A stretch of DNA of 20,000 bases from an uncultured virus (IMG/VR IMGVR_UViG_3300023210_000024). Taxonomy: Duplodnaviria > Heunggongvirae > Uroviricota > Caudoviricetes. The stretch lies in the IMG/VR virus record IMGVR_UViG_3300023210_000024; one strand, given 5' to 3'. This document shows, in pieces, positions 1 through 8,000 of this stretch (the stretch's first letter is position 1; the number at the start of each line of letters is the position of its first letter). The position numbers and the translations under genes are program-made. The notes below the pieces were generated by a model, which saw only the letters and a program-made list of their open reading frames with translations, was not told the DNA's origin and searched no databases.

Positions 1-1
1 T

Positions 2-3000
2 TCCTCCATCACCGGTACCTCGGTCATCAGCAAAATTATCCCACATGGCGGTCCAAGGTCCTCTAGTTTTGGGGTAAGAGTAGGAGGTGTAATATGTACC
101 CCAACAGAATGGGCAGGTCAAAGTTGGCTTAGGTAGATAAACCCATTCAACCCCTGCGTGGATGCTGTTTGCGTTTGGTATCCACCCTTGTGGTCTAGAC
201 ATATTTAATTTCTTGTCAGCGTTGTACACACCATAATAATCGAACATACACCCATAGGTGAAAGTGTCTCGCCATTCAATAGCAACTTCTGTTCCAGCTA
301 TTGTGGGGTCCATTGTACCATTGAACACAAGAGAGGTTGGCCCGTTTCCAGCATATGTGGCTCTATTTATCGCGTCTACCCTAGTTACACCTCTTGAGAA
401 GCAACTTATTTGTGTGTGTTTATGTTGGTCTATATTAGAACCCCATAAATTTTTTTCTGTTTGAAATACTGTGTTCGCGAAAGACTCACCTTGATTTAGG
501 GACCATGATGTGCTTACTACTGAACCGCCATTATTTGGGGTAACGTTGCCATCTTGTGTTCTACTCCTATTTTTTCTTCCAGTCCATTCATTATTACCTA
601 GTTTAAAACCGTTTATTGGTACTTCCTCGCGGGACTCACAAGCAACACCTGGATGACCAGGTTGAGCTAATGGGTCCATACCCGTTGGTTCTTCACCAAA
701 TGCTGGATGTCGCCAACGTATGTTTCCGTTACCGTCAGTATTTGTGCCCATATACATTTTCCATCTCCACATTACAGAACCCATGCCATAAACCCATATT
801 TTTGGTATTTTAATTAGCCCTTGTGATGTTACAAATGGTCTTAAAGCTTTTGGGTAATGGTCACCTCTATAATTGTATGCCCCATCTCCTGCACTATCGG
901 ATGTCAAGTAGAATGTTTTTTTTGTTGCTTCAGCCTGACCACAAGTTATAAAAGGTGTTGTTTTACATCCGGCTAAAAATAAATAAGCTAAATTCCTACT
1001 TTCTATCTGTTTTGTTGTAAGACCGGCATCTGTAGGAGAGTGATTTAACTCACTAGTGCTTGTGGTAAGGGGTCTTTTGTACCCCCAATCAGCATTACTT
1101 GTTCGGGCATCGTGAAGAGTTTGGTCACTTGTAGATAATAATGGCTCAAACCCATCAACGGTGGTCGCGTTCCTAAATCTATTTACGTTATCCAACCACA
1201 ATGGTATTTGTATTAGGTTGTTTATTTCTTGTACCCAACCCCAATTATATTCAGATGCGGTAGAAAACCCAGTACTAAGGTCACCCATTTTTGTGGGGTC
1301 CTTGGTGTTGTTTTCAAATGCAGGAAAACTATCACCACCACCATCATTTGAGTTCTTCATTCCCACCCCCGATAACATTCCTGTACCTGGTGGTTCCATG
1401 GTAAGACTCATGGGGAAAACTGATTGGCCACCACCACCACTATTAGTCCAATTTGCGTAGTCTTCCAGTCCCCTTTTTGTTGTATTACCCTCATTCCCTA
1501 AAAACATATAAGTGCTCTGCATAAAGGGGTATAAGGACTGTTTAATGCTACCCCACCCTGGAGCTATCCTTGAGGTATTTGTTGGGTCGTCAGATGTTGG
1601 ATAAAGTGGTATTCCAGAATATTTGAGGTCAAAACTTCGATATTCGTTATCGACTGACTCAGCACCTATCCCTAGTGTTGTAAATAATCTTAACGAATCA
1701 TTTATACTACCATCGAACATCACTAATTTTGTTTCATCATGTATGGTGTAACCCGCCTCCATTTCTTTTTGTGTTGAGGGGTTCTCATGCTTAGAAGACG
1801 CTTTTATGGCATCACCTAATTCTGTTTGTAAGTTAAGTCTTCTATCCGTTATGTCTCCAGGTGGACTATAATTTAAATCAACGCGGTTTTCATTAATTGT
1901 ATTTTCAAAATCACCCCCTTCTACTAGTTTGAATAAGTATTTTGGTTGCATTTTTCTTATATCAGAATAGATTTTCATCGCGGTAGTACTATTCTCATCC
2001 CCAAAACCACCTATAGTAGCTTTTCCAAGCAACCGTATATACCCTCCCTGTGGGTAGTAAGCCCAATAACCATCCTCCTTTTCGTAGTTATTTATATAGC
2101 TTACATTATCTTCTAATATGTTTGCTGGTGATATGTTTTCAGATAAATCTGTATATTCTGCGTCAGTAGTAAACCAAGAATTTGTGCCGTCTGTTGGTTT
2201 GTCCCTATCTTCTACAGCCCCTTTTAATGCCTGCTCGATTTTCTTTGATAAAAACCCTTCACCGCCACTAAACAACCTTAGATTTAAATTTGATAGGGTA
2301 TCTGCATCTGTTATACAACTCATTAAGTTGTGTGCGTCTATTCGTGCTAATGTTATTACTGGGTTATTAGTCTCTTCATTGTTTACATTATACAATGTGT
2401 TACCCCAAAGTCGTTGTTTCTGAAACTGTGGTATTTCCTGCAGGTTACCCTCCTCTGTGTCTGCTATTCTACCGGGATAATTAAATCCAAGACCCAAATT
2501 AAATTGGTTATACCTTATTGGGTCGAAATAAGAAAAGTCCAATGTTACAAACATTCTTTCAGCTATAACTTCAGCAATACCATTATCAAGAGCTGTTGAG
2601 TCCTGTAGGCTTTTAATTTTCTCTCTATATTTTAACTGTACTTTACTGTAATATTTACTTTCCAATGGGTTTATTGGCATATAATTATCCCAACCTGGTC
2701 TACCCTCCTTATCTTCCAATAAATCTTCATCATTTTCATTAAGCCTATTACACGCGTCAAGAAAATCTTCAATAAATCTAACCTCTGGCCAATCCTTAAA
2801 CTTATCGTTTACACCTGGATATTGTTCTTTTGTTTCTTCTCTATTATTAGCACTATAATTCGCTGTAGACCTATAATTTGTCTTATAATATGTTGGCCAT
2901 GGGTATATGGTTTTTGGAGCTTCGCCATTAGCTTGTTTTTTTAATACCGATAATTGGTCGGTGGACCCACCATTGTTATCATTATTAAGTTCTATTTGTT

Positions 3001-4714
3001 TGTTTTCTTCATTGTGATGTTCTTCCGCTTCAATACTAACTTTTAAAAGTAACGCTACAAAATTTTCAACATTACACGACAAAATTGTAAATATATTTCT
3101 TATTGTTGGTCTAAACCCTAATATTCTTATAACGCCTTCATCTATCGCTTCTTTAACGGAGTTTCTTTTTTTCTCTATTTTTTCATCCAGTGTATTAATG
3201 TCGCCATCTAACAGTGTGGTTAAAAAACCAACATCAATGTAATAATCACCAACTTCAGCGTTTGTATTAGGTACATTAGGGTAATTCAAATAATACCTAA
3301 TCATACCATCTTGGAACATCATGTTGGGGTCGTCTAAGAAGTCTAACATTTGGTATCTTTCGGGTGTACCTTCTTCCGCAATTTGTTTACACCCAGTTAA
3401 ACCACCATTTATTTGTTTATTTGACGCTACAGCAATATGTGTTCCACCACATTCTTTTTGCTGACCTAGTTCTTTAGTTGGGGTTTCCTTAATTGTTGGT
3501 ATGTTTGCTGTTATCTCACCAAAACCTGTCCCATCTTTGTCTTCATTAATATTACCTTTTATTATGGGTCTATTCCAAACATCATGAAATAGGGTGCTGA
3601 GTGCATCGTCTGGGGCTTGGTTAAAGACGTAAAGTTCTTTTATATTTCTTTTAGTACCATCTGGGTTTGCTGCTTGTGTGAGTAAAGTGTCCTTAATCTG
3701 CTCTTTAAAATCTCGTTCCAATTTGCTGGTGAATTTGGTTATTTCCGCCTTCATAGAGGCAACACTGTTTCTAACTGTGATTAGGTTAGCAATCTCTATA
3801 TAATCCGCATCCCCTTTAGCTTGTTGTAAAAAAATTTTTATCGCACTTATATCGTCTAACATGTTAGATATTGATTTACACTCAACATCGTCCCCACCCA
3901 CTTTTCTACAAAATGGTTGTACTTTTCCGGCATGATGACCCCCCTGAATAGAAACTCTTTCGACTGTTGAGAAATAATCTGACTCATCAAAAATACCATT
4001 GTCCATATAATACGTGACCGCTTCATCGTATTTTTTTCTTAATGATGCTTTAGCTCCCCAACGGCTTGTCATATAGTTTGAACATCTAACAAACCCCATT
4101 AACATGTCAGCTAAAAAAGCGTAGGACCACCCAATAAATTCTGCTTTACACTCAAAATTACCCGTTTCTGTGTTAAACTTTGTATTGAACTTTTGTAAAT
4201 TTAAAAAATATGTTGCGGGTTTACCATAATACCCCTTAAGTGTTAGTTCGAATATTGGGTACGGTAAGTGGAAGAACATTCCATATGGTGAACAAGAACC
4301 CTGTTCAAAAAGGGTGGCCCCTCTAATATCAACAAAGTCTATCACAACTTTTGGTACATAACTACCTTTGATTTCAATGTCTATATTTGTTATCCCAAAA
4401 CCCTCAACATCTCCCCTGCTACCCGCGTCATCCATTTGTGAACCGCCAATATCTGACCACGCTGTTGTTAAAAATTCTCTTTTTTTACCATTACTAGTTG
4501 CTGTATCAGACACAACCATATCAACAGTGCTTATGTTAATATTTTCTTGTGATGTATCACCGTTAGTCCCTTCTGTTAAAAAACTCCTACCTTTTGTTTT
4601 AGCAACTAAACTTGCGTAGATATATAAATCTTCATGTTCAACGACTTGGTTTGGTGGGTTTGGGTCTATTATAGTTATCGGACCATCACGATATATTTTC
4701 GGTTCTATTGCCAT
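2..4714 (-). CDS. Very large baseplate hub-like structural protein (>1571 aa, runs off the left edge)
   Basis: ATG at 4714-4712, 2 nt after the TAA of the 106-aa ORF. It begins MAIEPKIYRDGPITIIDPNPPNQVVEHEDLYIYASLVAKTKGRSF. The same frame is open at every spot check (ATLFEQGSCSPYGMFFHLP ~4262-4318; KTIYPWPTYYK ~2882-2914; ...WTAMWDNFADDRGTGDGG at the edge). It is presumably absent from the ORF track because no stop lies in the window. Hub identity is inferred from its position after TMP, tube initiator and LysM, and from the beta-rich N-terminus. Confidence 0.75.
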   Translation of the reverse strand, partial: MAIEPKIYRDGPITIIDPNPPNQVVEHEDLYIYASLVAKTKGRSFLTEGTNGDTSQENINISTVDMVVSDTATSNGKKREFLTTAWSDIGGSQMDDAGSRGDVEGFGITNIDIEIKGSYVPKVVIDFVDIRGATLFEQGSCSPYGMFFHLPYPIFELTLKGYYGKPATYFLNLQKFNTKFNTETGNFECKAEFIGWSYAFLADMLMGFVRCSNYMTSRWGAKASLRKKYDEAVTYYMDNGIFDESDYFSTVERVSIQGGHHAGKVQPFCRKVGGDDVECKSISNMLDDISAIKIFLQQAKGDADYIEIANLITVRNSVASMKAEITKFTSKLERDFKEQIKDTLLTQAANPDGTKRNIKELYVFNQAPDDALSTLFHDVWNRPIIKGNINEDKDGTGFGEITANIPTIKETPTKELGQQKECGGTHIAVASNKQINGGLTGCKQIAEEGTPERYQMLDFLDDPNMMFQDGMIRYYLNYPNVPNTNAEVGDYYIDVGFLTTLLDGDINTLDEKIEKKRNSVKEAIDEGVIRILGFRPTIRNIFTILSCNVENFVALLLKVSIEAEEHHNEENKQIELNNDNNGGSTDQLSVLKKQANGEAPKTIYPWPTYYKTNYRSTANYSANNREETKEQYPGVNDKFKDWPEVRFIEDFLDACNRLNENDEDLLEDKEGRPGWDNYMPINPLESKYYSKVQLKYREKIKSLQDSTALDNGIAEVIAERMFVTLDFSYFDPIRYNQFNLGLGFNYPGRIADTEEGNLQEIPQFQKQRLWGNTLYNVNNEETNNPVITLARIDAHNLMSCITDADTLSNLNLRLFSGGEGFLSKKIEQALKGAVEDRDKPTDGTNSWFTTDAEYTDLSENISPANILEDNVSYINNYEKEDGYWAYYPQGGYIRLLGKATIGGFGDENSTTAMKIYSDIRKMQPKYLFKLVEGGDFENTINENRVDLNYSPPGDITDRRLNLQTELGDAIKASSKHENPSTQKEMEAGYTIHDETKLVMFDGSINDSLRLFTTLGIGAESVDNEYRSFDLKYSGIPLYPTSDDPTNTSRIAPGWGSIKQSLYPFMQSTYMFLGNEGNTTKRGLEDYANWTNSGGGGQSVFPMSLTMEPPGTGMLSGVGMKNSNDGGGDSFPAFENNTKDPTKMGDLSTGFSTASEYNWGWVQEINNLIQIPLWLDNVNRFRNATTVDGFEPLLSTSDQTLHDARTSNADWGYKRPLTTSTSELNHSPTDAGLTTKQIESRNLAYLFLAGCKTTPFITCGQAEATKKTFYLTSDSAGDGAYNYRGDHYPKALRPFVTSQGLIKIPKIWVYGMGSVMWRWKMYMGTNTDGNGNIRWRHPAFGEEPTGMDPLAQPGHPGVACESREEVPINGFKLGNNEWTGRKNRSRTQDGNVTPNNGGSVVSTSWSLNQGESFANTVFQTEKNLWGSNIDQHKHTQISCFSRGVTRVDAINRATYAGNGPTSLVFNGTMDPTIAGTEVAIEWRDTFTYGCMFDYYGVYNADKKLNMSRPQGWIPNANSIHAGVEWVYLPKPTLTCPFCWGTYYTSYSYPKTRGPWTAMWDNFADDRGTGDGG

Positions 4715-4716
4715 AA

Positions 4717-5037
4717 TTATAACCCATTGTAATTTTTATATAATATTATTTGTCTCTCGTATTCTTGTAGAGACGCTTGTAATGGATATGGTATGTTTAG
4801 TATGGTACCTACTGGTATGTCAAACTCTAAACCCCCATATTGTGGGTTAGCTTGTAATATTAACCACCCCATATTTGGGTTATTATAATGGTCATCACTA
4901 ATAATGTCAAGCCTACTATTTCCATCATACTTTATTTTAATGTCAGTACTTTTTTCTGGTATTCTAAGAAATGGTAATATCTTCATTTTACCATCGAATT
5001 TAAATTCTTCGTACCTATCGTAATATCTTCTTGCCAT
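4717..5037 (-). CDS. Small LysM-like baseplate wedge protein (P2 gpX / T4 gp53-like)
   Basis: 106 aa with RLDIISDDHYNNPNMGWLILQANPQY...IPVGTILNIP, matching the LysM-like pattern L..IS..YY......W.I..AN.....I..G..L.IP. Lies between the tube-initiator-like and hub-like genes. Confidence 0.8.
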   Translation of the reverse strand: MARRYYDRYEEFKFDGKMKILPFLRIPEKSTDIKIKYDGNSRLDIISDDHYNNPNMGWLILQANPQYGGLEFDIPVGTILNIPYPLQASLQEYERQIILYKNYNGL

Positions 5038-5046
5038 CTTTTAATT

Positions 5047-8000
5047 TTATTGTGGTTGTGCTCCTACAGCCGCTTTTATAGTGTTTAAACCTACCTCAGT
5101 TATATACCCCACACATTCTATTCTACCGTGTTGTTTTTTTGGAGATTTATCCCCCCCATTTGCGACTCTCTTATCAATGCTTGCTTGGTTTTCTCTAAGT
5201 GTTATTGAGAATGTAGTTTCCCATTGTGCTTTACCATCCTTTTTGATTCTCTCTTCTATATTTTCAATCAGGTCTGTAGACTCGTACTCATTTGTTCCAG
5301 CGTAAAATGCCCATTCCTGAAAAGAACTAATCCCACCACCTAACATGTATTGGCTTAAATTAAAGGCGAATAGTCCCCTACCAACTTGTTCCATTGGTAC
5401 ATTTCCAGATGAAATAACATATGCGTTTGAGTAATCACTGCTGCTGGCGGTGCTTTCTACTACAGCGTTATGGTCATCCCAAACAACAGCGGTATGAGAA
5501 CCACCTTGACCAGCAGCAGTAGAACCGTCAAGTCTTAAACAAAAATTATCACTAGTTATTGTTACATAGTAGTCATTATTAAGGTCAGGGTGTATTTGCC
5601 CACATACCCACTGTGGAAGTAATCCACCTGTAGGGTCTTGTAAGGTTGACGCAAAAACACCCACACCGTTATCAGCGTTAAGATAATCCCCAGATATAGT
5701 TATAGCTCCATTTTCGTTTTCGCGTGTTTCACCTTGGTTGTACCGTAAAGAACTTACTTCTTTAAATGCCGGCCCACCTTCATCTGTTGTTGTATTTTGT
5801 TGTCCGGTTTCTTCGGTACCATCTTGTGTTTCCTCTATTATCTCTTCTTCTGTTTTGTTGATGTCAGGCGTTTTCTTTACCCAAAATGTTTGATTAGACA
5901 TTTGACTCGGATATTCGTCATTACAATAATAAGCGTCCCAGTCATTTGGGTTTGCTTTAACCTCTGTCCACACTTCACTAGACACATTATCTTGTATGTC
6001 AAGTTCTAAAGCCGCACTTTTGTCTGTCTCACCAACTAGAGTAGTATCTAAACAACCTGGAATGGCGTTTTGTGTGTTACCATCGTTACCACCTTCACCT
6101 TGACTTGCCGCCTCTTCTGACTCGTTGGACTCATCGGGTTCATCGGACTCATTACTTATATCACCCACATTAGATTCTTCATTTTTACCAACCCCTATCG
6201 CGTTGTCAAACTCTGTTGGCCCAGCAAATGGTCCGTAGAAATAATCTCTCTTTTCATTAATATTAATATCCTTTCTCTCATCCAATATTTTCTCCAATGG
6301 CATATATAATGCCGTATTAGCAAAGAAGTTATAAGAAACAGCGTTTTGTAGTGCTGATAATGGTCCTTGTAATGTTGAACCACCGATAAATTTAAAGTTT
6401 AAATCAACACTACATAACATTGGTTGTACACCTATACCTTCAGGGTTAAGGTCCCACTGTAAAGGGTCAAACGTAAAGTTAATTGAGTCTATTATTATTT
6501 TAGTAAAATAAAAATCACCTATCCTTAATACACACACAGGTGGTCTACCAAATGCTGTATTTTGTGGTTGGTTTGGGTCTATAAATGATGGTCCCTGTCT
6601 ACCACATTGTTGTAAGAATGTAATTCTTGAGTTAAACCCTTCGGGTGTTATTGAATGGAAAGCTGGGTGGAAGTTTCTCAACTTATCCTTAATACTATCA
6701 TATAAAAATGAATCCTCTTCTTTTATTTTCATAAAATAATCACACTCATTAATAAAGTTTTTAGCTAAATCAAGTGCGGCCTGTTTTTCGGATTCAGCTT
6801 CAGCTTTTGCTTTTGCTTTTTTTGCCTTAAATTCATCTTGTAAACCTTCATTAATTCCTTGTATTCTACGGTCTTGTTCCTTTTGGAACTTATCTAAATA
6901 CGGTTTAATTAATTTTTCATTTTTTTCTAACCGTATATCAACCCTCCTAGATTCTAATTGACATGTGTTTTCTGAATCTGATGGGTGTAACCTACTTGGG
7001 GTTCTAATAAATTGTCCACTTTTTGAACTACCACCACCACTTAAATTTGAATTGTTGCCTAATCCGGAACTTTGGTCCTCTCCTTTACCACTAACCTTCC
7101 ATCTAGGTGATTTGGCTATAGTTTTAACGCCCCCATTTTCTTTATATGGGCTATATTTTTTTTCCGCTTCTTTATATAACCCAATAGGTTCGAATCCCTC
7201 TACAGCCATCGCAACTTTACCATTTTCAGTAGTAACATGGTCTATCTCACATTTTTTCATTTGGTCGTACATCCATGCCGCAACTGTTAATGCTCTATCA
7301 TCGGCTAATTTGTTGTTGTATTTGCTATCACCTAAATTACTAGCGTTACCAGTTACAATAATTTTATAACCCTTCCCTTCAGGTGTGGTAGATAAAAACT
7401 CTATTAACTGGCTTATACCTTGACCTATAACACCTGCTCCCGCAGTTGATACCTGAAATGACCACTCCTTATCCACACCCAAGTTCAATTTTGGGGTTTT
7501 GTTTGATTTATTATATGGTATGCTATCTGGTGTTGAGTCAGCGTCACCTGTACCGAAAAATCTCTCATTATACCCATTTCTACTACCCTTAAAACCTAAT
7601 TTATCCGCACTTATAATAGTACCTGTGGTTGTAGAACCTGTAGTTGGTAGGCATTGATTACAGAATTCTTGTTTATCATACCCTTGCCCAGACCCTATGT
7701 TATACCATAAATTTTTCAAATCCTTTGAAGTGTCTGGTCCCCATATTTGTTTTTGGCCGTTACCACACGATAATTTAGTGATTTCCCCACCTCTAGAGTT
7801 GTATGTATATATCGGAATTTCCACTAACTCCTCTTGTGTGAATCCTTCTGGAATCAAGTCTGACTCTTCTAAAAGTAAATGATATGATGCATAAGCAGTT
7901 GCATTTGAATTATCAGATTCTGACTCGCTTGCTGATTGAACAATATCTCCTTTAGCGGCCTCTTCACAAACAACAGCTCCAGAACACGACCCTTTCATAG

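Noticed and set aside
258..4619. Plus-strand ORFs of 61-101 aa (258, 616, 1161, 2118, 2414, 4368)
   Set aside because: They lie antisense to the long 4714->2 ORF and have implausible composition and no promoters.
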